Shown piece by piece: positions 16,188 through 28,093 of a stretch of DNA of 64,000 bases. The notes under the pieces were generated by a model. It was given only the letters and a program-made list of their open reading frames with translations. It was not told the origin of the DNA and did not search any database. Location: assembly GCA_050329585.1 (NCBI GenBank), contig JBHJOR010000035.1, positions 1,434-65,433 of the forward strand, given 5' to 3'. The stretch is from Candidatus Methylacidiphilales bacterium (lineage in GTDB: Bacteria; Verrucomicrobiota; Verrucomicrobiia; Methylacidiphilales; JBCBYL01). How positions within the stretch are numbered: position 1 is the first letter of the stretch; each line of letters opens with the position of its first letter. The translations under genes were made by a program, and so were the position numbers.

Positions 16188-19076
16188 TTAGTGAGCGGTG
16201 AGCCAATCGGAGCCAGTGCCGATCTCGATTTCGACCGGCACGATTTCATTCAACGCGGGGAGAGCACGGGTCATGCGCGGTTCAATGATCGCACGCAGTG
16301 CGGGTTCCTCATCGGGAGGGATCTCGAAGACCAACTCATCGTGCACCTGAAGCAGCATGCGGGAGCTGAGTTGTTGTTCGATAAGGTCATGATGGATTCG
16401 GGCCATGGCGATTTTGATGAGGTCAGCAGCGGTGCCTTGGATGGGCATGTTGATGGCGTTGCGTTCGGCTCCGGCCCGGACGGTGGGGTTGGTGGAGCGG
16501 ATGTCGGGAAGCTGGCGGCGGCGACCACTAAGTGTTTCGACGTAACCCAGTTCGCGGCATGAAGCGATGGTGGAATCGATATAGTCTTTAATGCCGGGGA
16601 ATTGATCGAAGTAATTTTTAATAATCTCAGCAGCTTCGGTGCGGCTGATTCCCAAGCGTTGAGAAAGGCCGAAGGCCGAGATGCCATAAGAGATGCCGAA
16701 GTTGACCATTTTTGCTTGTCGTCGTTGTTCGGGATTTACCTCATCGAGGGCAACCCGGAAGACACGTGCGGCGGTAGCGGCGTGGATATCAAGTCGGTCA
16801 GTGAAGGCTTGAATCAGTCCGGGATCCCGTGTGACCGCGGCGAGGATACGCAGTTCAATCTGGGAGTAATCGGCAGAGAGAAGTATGTTTCCGGGGGAGG
16901 CGATAAAAGCGCGGCGGATTTCTTTGCCGAGCTCGGAGCGGATGGGGATGTTTTGCAGATTAGGGTCTGAAGAAGCGAGGCGACCCGTGGTGGTGGCGGC
17001 CTGTTGGTAGGTGGTGTGAACGCGGCCGGTGCGGGGGCTGACGGCGGCAGGCAGGGCATCGACGTAGGTGTTTTTGAGTTTGGTCATCATCCGGTAATCG
17101 AGGATGAGGGGAATGATGGGATGGGTGTGGGCGAGATCGGACAGGGTTTGCTCATCGGTTTTATATTGCCCGGTGCGGGTTTTTTTCGCTTTGGCGGCGA
17201 GGTTGAGTTTATCAAAGAGGATCACGCCAAGTTGCTTGGGGGAATTGAGGTTAAAGGGTTCGCCAGCGGCGGACTCGATGGCTTCACGCTGAGATTCAAT
17301 GCGGTCGGCCAATTGGCGGGAAAAGGATTCGAGTGCTTGAATCTCCAAGGTGATGCCAGCAGCTTCCATAGCCTCGATGGCGGGGAGCACCGGCATTTCG
17401 ATATCGTTAAAAACGGATTCCTGACCGGAGGCTTGAAGTTGGGGAAGGAGCACTTGATAGAGCTGCCAGGTGACATCGGCGTCCTCGGCTGCGTAGCGGG
17501 CGATAGCCGAGGGCTCGGCCTGACTCATGAGCCGAGCGGGAGTCGCGTTTTTGTCTCCGAGGAGAGTGGTGATAGAAATGGGGCGGTAACCCAGTAGGGA
17601 TTCAGACAGTGCATCCATACCGTGGCGCTGATCGGGGGCGATCAAGGCATGAGCAATCATCGTGTCGAAGATCGGATCCATCTCGGGGATGGGTTTGGAG
17701 TCGGTCGAGTGGGTATTGAAAAAGCAGCGCAGGGCCGCGAGATCGAACTTAGCGTTGTGGGCGATTTTGAGAATGGATCGGTTGGTGAAATGGGGAAGGA
17801 GCGTTGAAGTGATGAGGGTCGGATCAAGTGGAGCGGGGGCGTCCGGGTGGGTGGAGTGCACGGGGATATACCATCCGGTGTGTGACTGCCAGGAGAGGGA
17901 GATGCCCACTAAGCGCGATTCACGCGGGTTCAAGCCATCGGTTTCGGTGTCAAAGGAGAATGCGGTGATGCCTGATAAGAGTCGCCCCAGTTCACCCAAT
18001 GTTTCGGGATGATCAACGATGCGATAGTTTTGAAGATGCTCATCAAAGGTTTTAAACTGCGGTATTGCGGTTTCGGTGGGCTCAGGGGGAGCAGAAGTTT
18101 CTGAGGTGGGTGATGTGGCAAAAAGATCGTCTGCAGGAAGTGAGGGTGCGGGATTGGAAGCAGGGTTTGCACGCGCTGGTGCGCCGTGGCCGGCATGGAA
18201 TGAGGAGCCGAAGAGGCGTTTTCCCAAGGTGTTGAATTCAAGTTCGATGAACAGCGTTTTGAGAGCCTCGGTGTCGGGAGTGGTGCAAACGAGATCTTCG
18301 GGGGAGATCTCAAGAGGAACAGCGGTGTCGATGGTGGCCAGTTCTTTGGAGAGGCGTGCTTGGTCTGCGTAGTGTTCAATCGACTCGCGGAGTTTGCCTT
18401 TAAGCTCCGCCGTGTGATCGAGGAGATTTTCCAAGCTTTGGTATTGGGCTAAAAGCTTTTCTGCGGTTTTGGGGCCGATACCGGGAACGCCCGGAATGTT
18501 ATCCACGGCGTCGCCGATCAATCCGAGACAGTCGATGACATGGCGCGGGTTGGAAACGCCCCACTTAGCACAGACTTCAGCGGGACCGAGGATTTCGATG
18601 TCGCCACCTTTTCTACCGGGTCGCAACATGCGGATGCGGTCGGTGACGAGTTGGCCGAAGTCTTTATCGGGGGTGACCATGGTGGTTTGCATCCCGGCCT
18701 CCGCTGCCCGGACGGCAAGGGTGCCTATGAGGTCGTCGGCTTCATATCCATCAAGTTCGAGTATAGGTATGCGGAAAGCGCGCAGAAGGTCTTTAACTAC
18801 CGGGATGGCGTCGGAGAGTTCCTCGGGCATCTCTTCGCGCTGGGCTTTGTATTCGGGAAAGGCGGTGTGACGTGCGGTGGGGGCAGAGGTATCGAAGGCG
18901 ACAGCGAGGTGGGTGGGTTGATGGGATTGGATGATTTCGAGCAGGGTGTTGGTGAAACCGTAGGCGGCGGAGGTGTTGACACCCTTGGAATTGCGGATCG
19001 GGTTGTTAACGAAAACGAAGTGGGCGCGATAGATCAACGCCATGCCGTCCAGTAGGTAGAGGTTCGGTGTGGTCAT
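16188..19076 (-). CDS. polA: DNA polymerase I
   Basis: The 5'-nuclease N-terminus is MTTPNLYLLDGMALIYRAHF. The 3'-5' exonuclease region FDTETDGL and the polymerase motifs DYSQIELRILA, RRQAKMVNFGISYG and QVHDELVFE are present. The listed ORF extends to 19139, but Met at 19076 fits the family N-terminus. Confidence 0.95.
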   Translation of the reverse strand: MTTPNLYLLDGMALIYRAHFVFVNNPIRNSKGVNTSAAYGFTNTLLEIIQSHQPTHLAVAFDTSAPTARHTAFPEYKAQREEMPEELSDAIPVVKDLLRAFRIPILELDGYEADDLIGTLAVRAAEAGMQTTMVTPDKDFGQLVTDRIRMLRPGRKGGDIEILGPAEVCAKWGVSNPRHVIDCLGLIGDAVDNIPGVPGIGPKTAEKLLAQYQSLENLLDHTAELKGKLRESIEHYADQARLSKELATIDTAVPLEISPEDLVCTTPDTEALKTLFIELEFNTLGKRLFGSSFHAGHGAPARANPASNPAPSLPADDLFATSPTSETSAPPEPTETAIPQFKTFDEHLQNYRIVDHPETLGELGRLLSGITAFSFDTETDGLNPRESRLVGISLSWQSHTGWYIPVHSTHPDAPAPLDPTLITSTLLPHFTNRSILKIAHNAKFDLAALRCFFNTHSTDSKPIPEMDPIFDTMIAHALIAPDQRHGMDALSESLLGYRPISITTLLGDKNATPARLMSQAEPSAIARYAAEDADVTWQLYQVLLPQLQASGQESVFNDIEMPVLPAIEAMEAAGITLEIQALESFSRQLADRIESQREAIESAAGEPFNLNSPKQLGVILFDKLNLAAKAKKTRTGQYKTDEQTLSDLAHTHPIIPLILDYRMMTKLKNTYVDALPAAVSPRTGRVHTTYQQAATTTGRLASSDPNLQNIPIRSELGKEIRRAFIASPGNILLSADYSQIELRILAAVTRDPGLIQAFTDRLDIHAATAARVFRVALDEVNPEQRRQAKMVNFGISYGISAFGLSQRLGISRTEAAEIIKNYFDQFPGIKDYIDSTIASCRELGYVETLSGRRRQLPDIRSTNPTVRAGAERNAINMPIQGTAADLIKIAMARIHHDLIEQQLSSRMLLQVHDELVFEIPPDEEPALRAIIEPRMTRALPALNEIVPVEIEIGTGSDWLTAH

Positions 19077-19141
19077 GGTGGAAGAGGTACGGGAATTTTC
19101 AGGTAGGCCTAAGATGGGCGCGGGGAGGTGGCGGGCCAAGA

Positions 19142-20074
19142 TCAGCGTTTGGCGGGAATTAGAAGGTTGGCGGTGGTGGTGTTGGGCAGCCAGGAGAGTG
19201 AAGGGTTGAGTTCGGCGGCGCGATTTTCTCCAGATACGGTAGCTCCAGAGTTGAGGTCCAGGAAGACACCATCAAACGCGCGGAGTCGCTCCAAAGGTTG
19301 TATTGGATTTTCCTTGATTCGGGCGGTGAGTATCGAGTCAAGGAAAGCGGCAAAGGCGCGTTGGGCAGTAGGCAAAGCGGCTATGTGTTTTTCATTGGGG
19401 GAGGTGTGATAGGCCCAGAGGGCTCCACGGGCCCGACCCGCTTCAAACGCTTTCAGAGAGTTGGCCGGACTAGGGGTGGTGTCCTGACCGCCAACATGAA
19501 ACATAGCAGGCACGTCATAGGTGGCACCAAGAGGGCGACCATTGAAATAAACTCCCTTATCTGCGATGAAAGCCACGACCCGCTCAGGGCGGTCGCAGGC
19601 AAAACTGTGGGCAAGTTGGGCACCTGCGGACAATCCGATCAACACAAAATGGGCATTAAAGAGTTCGCGTCTTCCGGATTGATCGGAAAAAGAGCGGACG
19701 GCTTCAATGAGGGCCAGGCCGGAGCCATTACGGGCTTGAGTGTAGTCCATATCTTCGGAGCCGGTGAAGAAGCAGCCCATGACGGCGAGATTATGATTGG
19801 CGACCAACTTTTGGTATGTTCCCAACTTCTTAACGGCATCGCGTCCGTCAGTGTTCAACGCAGGGAGAAGGATAAGCACCGCCTTGACAGGTTGTGAGTT
19901 ATCCGGGGTCAGACAACGGAAGGAAGCGCTCTGAAAGTTGTCACCTGCACGGGGTGGTTTTTCATAATCCCAAACGGCGGCCCCACTTGAAGACACAAAA
20001 AATAACCCGCATATCGTTGAGGTCATCGCGACCGCAGGGGTTAATAAAGAGAAAACAGAGATGAGAAAACGCAT
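19142..20074 (-). CDS. Secreted alpha/beta-hydrolase (esterase/depolymerase-like)
   Basis: It has an N-terminal signal-like segment, a nucleophile elbow GLSAG and a later HVGGQD segment. The specific family is not recognised. Confidence 0.5.
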   Translation of the reverse strand: MRFLISVFSLLTPAVAMTSTICGLFFVSSSGAAVWDYEKPPRAGDNFQSASFRCLTPDNSQPVKAVLILLPALNTDGRDAVKKLGTYQKLVANHNLAVMGCFFTGSEDMDYTQARNGSGLALIEAVRSFSDQSGRRELFNAHFVLIGLSAGAQLAHSFACDRPERVVAFIADKGVYFNGRPLGATYDVPAMFHVGGQDTTPSPANSLKAFEAGRARGALWAYHTSPNEKHIAALPTAQRAFAAFLDSILTARIKENPIQPLERLRAFDGVFLDLNSGATVSGENRAAELNPSLSWLPNTTTANLLIPAKR

Positions 20075-20302
20075 GACTGACCGTAGTTCGGCTGGAAAGG
20101 AATATCGAGCAGAAAGCGGTAGTTTGAATGAAAATGATTCTCAACAAAAAACCATCATGAAAATAATGGACTAATGCATTGACGGGTTTAGCTTTGCATG
20201 GCAATTCCAATGGCTCTTACTATAAGGTAAAGCACGTGTATTGCGCATGGTGCGAATAGCCGGCAAGAAACGATTTATAACTGATATTTTTTAGGCGAAC
20301 GA

Positions 20303-20959
20303 ATGGCGAATATTTTTCCTAAACAGGCGAACTGGGTTCCTGTTAAATTGATAGTGATACTGGCCTGCATCGGTTCCACCGTGGCGCTGGGGGTGACCTA
20401 TTATGCCACACCCAAATACACCCGGGTCGGTTATCAACCGACACAACCCGTTTCTTTTGACCACAGCATTCACGTTCAACAGCTCGGATTGGACTGCCGT
20501 TACTGCCATTTCGGAGTAGATCAAGCGGCCCACTCGAATGTTCCCAATACCCAGATCTGTATGACGTGCCACACCCAAGTGCGTCAGGACAGTAACAAGC
20601 TGGAGCCGGTGCGCGAGAGCTGGAAGACCGGTGAGCCCATCCAATGGGTGCGGGTTCACAAGGCTCCGGATTACGTTTATTTCAACCATGCCATCCACGT
20701 TAATAGCGGCATCAGTTGTGTGGACTGCCACGGGCAAGTCAATCGGATGGAAGAAGTGAAGCATGCCGAGTCACACAGCATGGGATTCTGCTTGGACTGT
20801 CACCGGCAGCCTGAGAAATTCATACGCCCACTGGATAAGGTATATGATCTTGACTGGAAAGCCGCGCATGAGGGTATAAGTCAGGAAGAGATGGGAGCCG
20901 CACTGGTGGCGGATTGGAAAATCAATCCCCCGGAAACCTGCGCAGGTTGCCACCGTTGA
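20303..20959 (+). CDS. actA: Alternative complex III pentaheme cytochrome c subunit ActA
   Basis: It has an N-terminal TM helix and five CxxCH motifs (CRYCH, CMTCH, CVDCH, CLDCH, CAGCH). It is the first gene of an act-like operon. Confidence 0.85.
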   Translation: MANIFPKQANWVPVKLIVILACIGSTVALGVTYYATPKYTRVGYQPTQPVSFDHSIHVQQLGLDCRYCHFGVDQAAHSNVPNTQICMTCHTQVRQDSNKLEPVRESWKTGEPIQWVRVHKAPDYVYFNHAIHVNSGISCVDCHGQVNRMEEVKHAESHSMGFCLDCHRQPEKFIRPLDKVYDLDWKAAHEGISQEEMGAALVADWKINPPETCAGCHR

Positions 20960-20995
20960 TCGAAACAAGCCCTTTGAATTTGAAAAAACGACGCC

Positions 20996-23900
20996 GTGAA
21001 ACGAGTAATTAACCATCCCGAAGCCGAGCGCAACCTGCAGGGCGGCCGTGTTTATTGGAAAAGCGTGGGTGAATACAGTGACACCCCGGATTTCCAGGAG
21101 TGGCTGCGTCGTGAGTTTCCCCAAGGGGCGGCCGAATTTTGGGGTGATGGGGTATCACGGCGAAATTTTCTTCAACTGATGGGAGCCTCGATGGCGCTGG
21201 CGGGATTGGGCATGACGGGATGTCGTCGTCCTGAATCGCACTTAGTGGCTTACAGTAAAACACCCGAATGGCAGGTGCCGGATCGCTTCGAATATTTTGC
21301 CACCAGCATGCCCACCCGGCGGGGAGCTCACGCGCTTTTGGCCACCAGCTATAACGGCCGACCCATCAAACTGGAAGGGAATCCGGAGCACCCGGTGTTT
21401 CAGGGCACCACCGGAAGTTGGGCTCAGGCATCTTTACTGAATCTATACGACCCCGACCGTTCCAAGCAGTTCCTGCGACAAGGTCAACCGGTGGATCGTG
21501 CCGCCTTGGTGGAACAGATAGCGCAATGGCGTGTGGAATGGGGCATTAATGGAGGAGCAGGTTGGGCTGTTCTTTCCGGGGATTCGGTTTCACCCACCTA
21601 CCAGCGCCTCAAGGACGGACTGGAAGCCCAATACCCCAACATGTTATGGTCCACCTTCGAGCCCGCCTACGCTGCGAATGATTTGGCGGCCTGCGCCAAA
21701 CTCTTTGGTGCCAACACCCGCCAGCGTCCTTTATTGGCAAAAGCCAAAGTCATCCTGAGTTTGGACTCTAATTTTCTTTCCTCATCTCAAGGATCGGTCG
21801 AAGACATTCGTGGGTTTGCGTCGGGCCGGGATGTGGAGAACCTGAATGTCGACATGAACCGCCTTTACGTGGTGGAGCCTCGTTTCACGGTTACGGGTGG
21901 TATGGCGGATCACCGCCTCAGGCTGCCAGCCTCCCGGGTTGGAGCCTTGGCCGCAGCGGTGGCCGCCGAGTTGGGCGTGGCAGGGGTGTCTGCATCTCCG
22001 GTGGAGGGAGTGGATCCTGCATGGATCAAGGAATGCGCCCAAGATCTGCGTTCCCAGTCCGGCCGTGCGTTGGTTTTGGTAGGGGATGAACAACCCCAAG
22101 TTGTTCATGAGCTGGTAGCCGCCATCAATCTGGAGCTCGATGCCTATGGAAAAACCATTGAGGTGATCGATTGGAAGCAAGGGCGTGGCATTGGTCTCGA
22201 TGAGCTGGCTGAAACAATCGAATCGGGATCCATCCGCGGTCTGATTATTTTGAATTCCAACCCGGCTTACGCCGCGCCGGGTGATTTGGAATGGCCGGAA
22301 CTTCAGAAAAAAATCCCCACCGTGGTTCATCTGGGTTATCATGTTGATGAAACGGCTGCGTTGAGCCAATGGCATGTTCCAGCCTCGCATTATCTTGAAT
22401 CTTGGGGAGATGGTGTTTCCTGTGATGGCTCCTATTGTTGCCAGCAGCCTCTTATTCTCCCTTTATTTGATGGAATCAGTGAAATTCAATTTTTGGCCGC
22501 ATGTTTAGGGCAGGAATGGACCGACGGGCCGGATTGGGTGCGTCAAACCTTTGCGCTGGTATCGGGAAGCAGCGAAGATAAGGATTGGAAACGTTTCGTG
22601 CGTGATGGCTTTTTAATAAAGTCCCAAGACGTCAGGAATCAACAGCCTCCCATTCAAGGCAATGCCTCATTGCCTCAAGTGCCGGTCTCGCTTGACAGTC
22701 TGGAAATCGTTTTTGCTGCCGATGAATCCATGGACGATGGCAGCTGGGCCAACAATGGCTGGATGCAGGAACTCCCGGATCCCATCACCAAGATCACGTG
22801 GGATAATGCTGCCCATATCAGTCCCGCCACTGCGGACGCATTGGGTCTTTTTTACAAGACGATCGATGGAGTGGAAACCACCGACGTGATTGAAATTTCA
22901 CTCAACGGCCGACTTATCGAAATACCCATCATCATGGTGCCCGGTCATGCGGATAACACCCTGACACTGCCTTTGGGATATGGGCGGAATTTCGGTGGCC
23001 GGGTGGCCGATGGAGTGGGTGTTAATGTTTATCCGTTCAGAGAGGGCTCGGCCTACTTCATGCATGGTGCCAAGGTTCGCGCGGTGGGCCGTCGGCATCC
23101 GTTTGCTATCACCCAGGAACACTGGAGTATGGAAGGTCGCGGTATCGTCCGGGAATCTCCTATCGAATATCTACGTCAAAATCCCGACACCATCCACCAC
23201 CTCGGATTGGAGAGCCATACGCCGGAAAACCGCAGCTTTTATCCCAACCCGCCATTTGATTACGAAAAACACCATCAATGGGCCATGACCATTGATCTGA
23301 GCACCTGCACCGGCTGTAATGCCTGTGTGTTGGCCTGTCAGGCTGAAAACAACATTCCCATTGTGGGTAAAGACCAGGTGATGAAGGGACGTGAAATGCA
23401 CTGGATCCGCATAGACCGGTATTTCTCGGGAGCTTCGAAATTTAAAACGGATGCCGGTAAAGAAGCCATTCCCAACGAACCGGAAATGGTCATGCAGCCC
23501 ATTCTCTGTCAGCACTGTGAAAACGCGCCCTGTGAGACCGTTTGTCCGGTGAATGCCACCGTGCACAACGAAGAAGGTCTCAACGTCATGGCCTACAACC
23601 GTTGCATTGGCACCCGTTATTGTGCCAACAACTGTCCCTACAAAGTGCGTCGCTTCAACTGGTTTGATTACAATGCCCGGCAACTCGACCAGCTCTATTT
23701 CACCGGCCGTCTCGATAAACTGGGAGTCAAGGGCACTCTCAAACAGCCGCTCGGACCCAAAGGCACCGAGGAACTGATCAAAATGTCCAAGAACCCACAT
23801 GTCACGGTCAGAATGCGCGGCGTGATTGAAAAATGCTCCTTCTGTGTCCAACGCCTCGAAGCCGCAAAAATCGATCACAAAATCCAACCGCAGAACCGCA

Positions 23901-24226
23901 CCACCGGAAACATCAAGCTTCCCACTGACAGTGTCAAAGTAGCCTGTCAGCAGGCATGTCCGGCCCAGGCTATCGTTTTTGGCGATCTATCTGACTCTCA
24001 AAGTAAAGTGAACCGCTTGAGGAAGCGGCAGCAAAGTTATCGTCTCTTAGATTACCTCAACACCCAGCCGCGCGTTACCTATCTGGCTCGCCTGCGTAAT
24101 CCGAATCCTGCCATGCCGGGTGCTGATTTGGTGGGAATGAGCTTGATTCATCTCCAGCACGCGAAACATGGAGGGCATTCCTCCCATCATGAAGAGAAAA
24201 CCCAGCACACTGGAGGGACTTACTGA
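20996..24226 (+). CDS. actB: Alternative complex III subunit ActB (molybdopterin-oxidoreductase-like domain fused to a 4-cluster Fe-S domain)
   Basis: A twin-arginine signal [16 protein letters not shown] is present, along with ferredoxin-type clusters [37 protein letters not shown] and CSFC...CQQACP. The 1076-aa size fits a fused B1/B2 subunit. Confidence 0.9.
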   Translation: MKRVINHPEAERNLQGGRVYWKSVGEYSDTPDFQEWLRREFPQGAAEFWGDGVSRRNFLQLMGASMALAGLGMTGCRRPESHLVAYSKTPEWQVPDRFEYFATSMPTRRGAHALLATSYNGRPIKLEGNPEHPVFQGTTGSWAQASLLNLYDPDRSKQFLRQGQPVDRAALVEQIAQWRVEWGINGGAGWAVLSGDSVSPTYQRLKDGLEAQYPNMLWSTFEPAYAANDLAACAKLFGANTRQRPLLAKAKVILSLDSNFLSSSQGSVEDIRGFASGRDVENLNVDMNRLYVVEPRFTVTGGMADHRLRLPASRVGALAAAVAAELGVAGVSASPVEGVDPAWIKECAQDLRSQSGRALVLVGDEQPQVVHELVAAINLELDAYGKTIEVIDWKQGRGIGLDELAETIESGSIRGLIILNSNPAYAAPGDLEWPELQKKIPTVVHLGYHVDETAALSQWHVPASHYLESWGDGVSCDGSYCCQQPLILPLFDGISEIQFLAACLGQEWTDGPDWVRQTFALVSGSSEDKDWKRFVRDGFLIKSQDVRNQQPPIQGNASLPQVPVSLDSLEIVFAADESMDDGSWANNGWMQELPDPITKITWDNAAHISPATADALGLFYKTIDGVETTDVIEISLNGRLIEIPIIMVPGHADNTLTLPLGYGRNFGGRVADGVGVNVYPFREGSAYFMHGAKVRAVGRRHPFAITQEHWSMEGRGIVRESPIEYLRQNPDTIHHLGLESHTPENRSFYPNPPFDYEKHHQWAMTIDLSTCTGCNACVLACQAENNIPIVGKDQVMKGREMHWIRIDRYFSGASKFKTDAGKEAIPNEPEMVMQPILCQHCENAPCETVCPVNATVHNEEGLNVMAYNRCIGTRYCANNCPYKVRRFNWFDYNARQLDQLYFTGRLDKLGVKGTLKQPLGPKGTEELIKMSKNPHVTVRMRGVIEKCSFCVQRLEAAKIDHKIQPQNRTTGNIKLPTDSVKVACQQACPAQAIVFGDLSDSQSKVNRLRKRQQSYRLLDYLNTQPRVTYLARLRNPNPAMPGADLVGMSLIHLQHAKHGGHSSHHEEKTQHTGGTY

Positions 24227-25671
24227 TGTCTGACGTCATCGAATCGTTTGCCCCGGCTAAGGGTAATTCACTAGAGCGCCGTCCGCTGGTGCTCAACAAC
24301 CGAAGCCTTTCATGGGTGACCAACCATGTCTCCTCGATGATTGAAGCACCGGTCAACTGGATCTGGCTGCTGCTCACTCTATTCACAGGGATGATTGCCG
24401 CGTTGGTGCCGATCCAACTGGCCTACCAAGTTTCTACAGGCGTGGGTGTCTGGGGGTTGAATAACCCGGTATATTGGGCGTGGGATATCACCAACTTCGT
24501 GTTCTGGATCGGTATCGGTCACGCGGGAACGCTGATTTCCGCCATTCTTTTCCTGACCCGCCAAAATTGGCGCACGTCTATCAACCGGGCGGCTGAGGCC
24601 ATGACCATCTTTGCGGTGATTTGTGCCGGTATTTTTCCCGCCTTCCACGTCGGGCGCGTCTGGTTTGCCTGGTATCTTTTCCCCATCCCAAACTCCAACG
24701 TGATCTGGCAGAACTTCAAAAGTCCGCTTTTGTGGGATGTCTTCGCGGTATCGACCTATTTCACAGTGTCATTGCTATTTTGGTATACCGGGCTGGTGCC
24801 GGACTTGGCCACCATCCGCGACCGGGCGAAAAATAAAATTCGCAAGTGGATCTACGGACTTCTGGCACTGGGTTGGCGCGGCTCCAATCGCCATTGGAGG
24901 CACTATGAAAAAGCGTATCTCATTTTAGCGGGCATCTCTACCCCGCTGGTGCTATCTGTGCACAGTGTGGTGTCTTTTGACTTCGCCACCTCCATTGTGC
25001 CCGGCTGGCATACCACCATCTTTCCTCCTTATTTCGTCGCGGGTGCGGTCTTCGGAGGTTTTGCCATGGTTTTAAGCCTGATGATTCCAGTGCGCGCCAT
25101 CTTCAAGCTGCACGATATGATCACCATCAAGCACATCGACAACATGGCCAAGATCACCCTGCTGACCGGAACCATCGTCGGTTACGCGTATTGTATGGAA
25201 TTCTTCATCGCAGCCTACAGCGGCAACCCGTATGAAGCCTGGGTCTTCATGAACAACCGCCTGAGTCTGCATGCGCCGTATTGGTGGGCGTATTATGCCA
25301 TGTTTGCAGGCAACGTCTTCCTGCCGCAGCTTTTCTGGTTTAAGCGCATCCGGCAAAATGTCGTGGCGGTTTGGTTTATTTGTATGATCGGACCCAACGT
25401 GGGAATGTGGTTTGAGCGTTTTGTTATCATTGTGACCTCCATTAGCCGCGACTTTTTACCCGGTTCGTGGGGGTATTTCACACCTACCTGGAATGATATC
25501 CTGCTGTTTGTCGGCACCATCGGTCTGTTCTTGTTCCTTTTCCTTTTGTTTATTCGTTTCCTGCCAGCTATTACGATGTTTGAAGTGAAGGCCATCATGC
25601 CGCAGGCGGATCCGCATCAAGATCCGGGCGATGAGGACGGCAACCCCAAAGAAGGAGGTTTCCATGCCTGA
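24226..25671 (+). CDS. actC: Alternative complex III quinol-interacting membrane subunit ActC (NrfD/PsrC-like)
   Basis: It is a polytopic membrane protein. Its start overlaps the actB stop (TGATG). Position and NrfD-like hydrophobic pattern support the call. Confidence 0.85.
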   Translation: MSDVIESFAPAKGNSLERRPLVLNNRSLSWVTNHVSSMIEAPVNWIWLLLTLFTGMIAALVPIQLAYQVSTGVGVWGLNNPVYWAWDITNFVFWIGIGHAGTLISAILFLTRQNWRTSINRAAEAMTIFAVICAGIFPAFHVGRVWFAWYLFPIPNSNVIWQNFKSPLLWDVFAVSTYFTVSLLFWYTGLVPDLATIRDRAKNKIRKWIYGLLALGWRGSNRHWRHYEKAYLILAGISTPLVLSVHSVVSFDFATSIVPGWHTTIFPPYFVAGAVFGGFAMVLSLMIPVRAIFKLHDMITIKHIDNMAKITLLTGTIVGYAYCMEFFIAAYSGNPYEAWVFMNNRLSLHAPYWWAYYAMFAGNVFLPQLFWFKRIRQNVVAVWFICMIGPNVGMWFERFVIIVTSISRDFLPGSWGYFTPTWNDILLFVGTIGLFLFLFLLFIRFLPAITMFEVKAIMPQADPHQDPGDEDGNPKEGGFHA

Positions 25672-26221
25672 GAACGGAAAGCTTTTTGCCATGGGTGCTG
25701 AATTTTCCAGTGCCAAAGAACTTTATCACGCCGCTGAAATCGTTCGCGATGCGGGATACAAGCGCTGGGATGTTTATTCTCCCTTCCCTATTCATGGAAT
25801 GGATGATGCGATGGGACTGGGCCCTTCGCGTCTGTCATTTTTCTCCTTGATCGGCGGGATCACCGGACTGCTCTCGGCATTCGCGCTGGTCTATTACACC
25901 AGTTATCTGGATTACCCGTTGGTGGTTCAGGGCAAGCCCTACTTTGCGTTTGAACCCACCTTCCCGGTTTTCTTTGAGTTGACGATTTTATTGACCGCCT
26001 TTGCCACCATCGGAGCGCTGCTGGGTATGAATCTTTTACCGCGACTCAATCATCCCATGTTCAACTGGGATCGTTTTTCACGGGTAACGGATGATGGTTT
26101 TTTCCTAGCGGTAGAGGCGGGTGATCCGCTTTTTTCTGAAAAAGAAACCCGTGCTCTACTGGAGAAAGCCGGTGGGGCGTATATCACGCTGATTCATGAA
26201 GATGCGGAGGAAACGATATGA
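25664..26221 (+). CDS. actD: Alternative complex III subunit ActD
   Basis: ATG at 25664 overlaps the actC stop (ATGCCTGA). The sequence is [47 protein letters not shown] followed by two TM helices, as in ActD/DUF3341. Confidence 0.7.
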   Translation: MPENGKLFAMGAEFSSAKELYHAAEIVRDAGYKRWDVYSPFPIHGMDDAMGLGPSRLSFFSLIGGITGLLSAFALVYYTSYLDYPLVVQGKPYFAFEPTFPVFFELTILLTAFATIGALLGMNLLPRLNHPMFNWDRFSRVTDDGFFLAVEAGDPLFSEKETRALLEKAGGAYITLIHEDAEETI

Positions 26222-26823
26222 TGCGGGTGTTTTTCTTCGCGTATCTCATCACCCTGCTTTTGGTGGTGTCGATTTTTGGTTTCCGCGGCCAGATTTCCAA
26301 GCGCACCCCGTTTGAGATTTTTGACGACATGGATCACCAAGCCAAATACAAGTCACAAAGCATTTCCTATCTTTTTGCGGATGGGCGGGCGGATCGCCCC
26401 CCCATTCCCGGCACCATTCCGTTTAATCGGCCCGTTGAGGATGAATATTATTTGACAGGTCAGATGGACGGAAACTGGGGAGCAGGATTTCCGCGGGAGA
26501 TTACGGCCGCAGTGCTGGAGCGGGGCCGGGAACGTTATAACATCAACTGCACCATCTGCCATGGTGAAACGGGAGCGGGCAACGGCATCACCACCCAGTA
26601 TGGCGTGGCGGGCGTGGCTAATTTTCACTCGGATCGTTTCCGCGAAATGCCGGAAGGTCAGATTTATAATACCATCTTGCACGGTAAAGGATTGATGCTG
26701 GGTCTGCCTCACATCCAACCGGACGATGCCTGGGCTATCGTGGCCTACATTAGGGTTCTCCAGCGTTCCAAAAATGCCGCCTTGGCCGATGTGCCCGAGG
26801 AAGAAAAAGAAAAATTGAAATAA
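26218..26823 (+). CDS. actE: Alternative complex III monoheme cytochrome c subunit ActE
   Basis: It has an N-terminal TM anchor, a single CTICHG heme site and a downstream Met-containing region. Its start overlaps the actD stop. Confidence 0.75.
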   Translation: MMRVFFFAYLITLLLVVSIFGFRGQISKRTPFEIFDDMDHQAKYKSQSISYLFADGRADRPPIPGTIPFNRPVEDEYYLTGQMDGNWGAGFPREITAAVLERGRERYNINCTICHGETGAGNGITTQYGVAGVANFHSDRFREMPEGQIYNTILHGKGLMLGLPHIQPDDAWAIVAYIRVLQRSKNAALADVPEEEKEKLK

Positions 26824-26824
26824 C

Positions 26825-28090
26825 ATGAGCGGACATGGACACATCAAACGACCCGACCCGGAACGGTTTAATCTCACCCGTAGTGGTCTGCTACCCTTTC
26901 TTTTGATCGGCGTGGGGATACTGGCCTTGTTGGTTAGTATGCTCGGCTTGGTGTTTAACCCTCTTCGGTTGGGATTTACATGGTTGTGGGCTTACATGTT
27001 TGTTTTTACTCTGGCGGCCGGAACGCTTTTCTGGGTTATCCTGCATCACATCATTAATGCCAACTGGACGACGGTGGTTAGACGCCTGATGGAAAATGTT
27101 TCCTCCATGTTCTGGCCCTGGTTGGTTCTGCTATTCCTGCCGCTGGCATGGTTCCTGACTGATAAACAGTTCTACATGCTGAAGTGGTTTCATGTAGATC
27201 CGGCTGACGATGTCATTCTGCAGGCCAAAACGTGGTTTTTAAATGAGCCGTTTTTCTGGGGTAGACAGGTGGTCTATTTTCTCTTTTTTGGTGGTGCGGC
27301 GTGGCTGATGAGACGTTGGTCGGTCATGCAGGATGATTCCGGAGATGTTAAATTATCACTGAAGCTCAGAAAAGTAGGCAACGCCGCCATGATACTTTTC
27401 GGGCTGGTCATTTCATTCAGTGCCATTGATTGGTTGATGGCACTTAATTACCATTGGTTTTCAACCATGTTCGGCGTTTACATTTTTGCTGGAACGGCCG
27501 GGGCCAGCATGGCCTTTGTGATTCTTCTGGCCAACGGCCTTCACCGGGCCGGTTACCTGCGCCAGGTTTTTACCGTGGAGCATAATCACATCATGGGCAA
27601 ATTACTCTTCGCCTTCACCATTTTCTGGGCCTACATCAGCTTCAGCCAATACATGCTGATTTATTACGCCAATATTCCTGAGGAAACCATTTGGTTCGCG
27701 CATCGCAACGCGGGCTCTTGGGGCATCATCGCCCTGATCCTGGTCTTTGGTCATTTTTTCCTGCCCTTCATTCTCCTGTTGACCCAGCCGGCTAAACGCA
27801 ACCCGCGCCGGTTGTGCACTGCGGCCGGGATCATTCTGTTCATGCACCTGCTGGATTTGTATTGGATCATCATGCCGGAATACCAAATTCGCAAAGCGAT
27901 CAAAGCCGGAGTCAAAAGCGACTATTATGAAGGTCTGCTTTATTTCTCCCCTCACTGGTTGGATTTGAGTGTGTTGGTGGGAATGTTGGCGCTTCTGGCG
28001 GGAATATTCCTATGGCGCAAACTTCCTGCCAGTAATCTCTTCCCGCTCCGCGACCCCCGTTTATATGAATCGGTGACCCTGAAGAATTGA
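26825..28090 (+). CDS. actF: Alternative complex III membrane subunit ActF
   Basis: It is a polytopic membrane protein of 421 aa, immediately after actE and in the ActF position. Confidence 0.7.
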   Translation: MSGHGHIKRPDPERFNLTRSGLLPFLLIGVGILALLVSMLGLVFNPLRLGFTWLWAYMFVFTLAAGTLFWVILHHIINANWTTVVRRLMENVSSMFWPWLVLLFLPLAWFLTDKQFYMLKWFHVDPADDVILQAKTWFLNEPFFWGRQVVYFLFFGGAAWLMRRWSVMQDDSGDVKLSLKLRKVGNAAMILFGLVISFSAIDWLMALNYHWFSTMFGVYIFAGTAGASMAFVILLANGLHRAGYLRQVFTVEHNHIMGKLLFAFTIFWAYISFSQYMLIYYANIPEETIWFAHRNAGSWGIIALILVFGHFFLPFILLLTQPAKRNPRRLCTAAGIILFMHLLDLYWIIMPEYQIRKAIKAGVKSDYYEGLLYFSPHWLDLSVLVGMLALLAGIFLWRKLPASNLFPLRDPRLYESVTLKN

Positions 28091-28093
28091 TGT

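Noticed and set aside
20075-20302. Possible promoter or operator elements upstream of actA: TTGACG/TTGCAT hexamers, an ATGAAAAT(G/A)AT direct repeat, and a TTGC-ATG-GCAA mini-palindrome.
   Set aside because: The spacings to any -10-like hexamer are poor, and the repeats are short and imperfect. I cannot support a specific call without comparative data.
23171-23887. A 238-aa minus-strand ORF inside actB. Similar antisense ORFs lie inside alaS (50355..51158), typA (9642..10256) and polA (17004..17597).
   Set aside because: They are antisense to high-confidence genes, with no start context or family resemblance. I treat them as non-coding.
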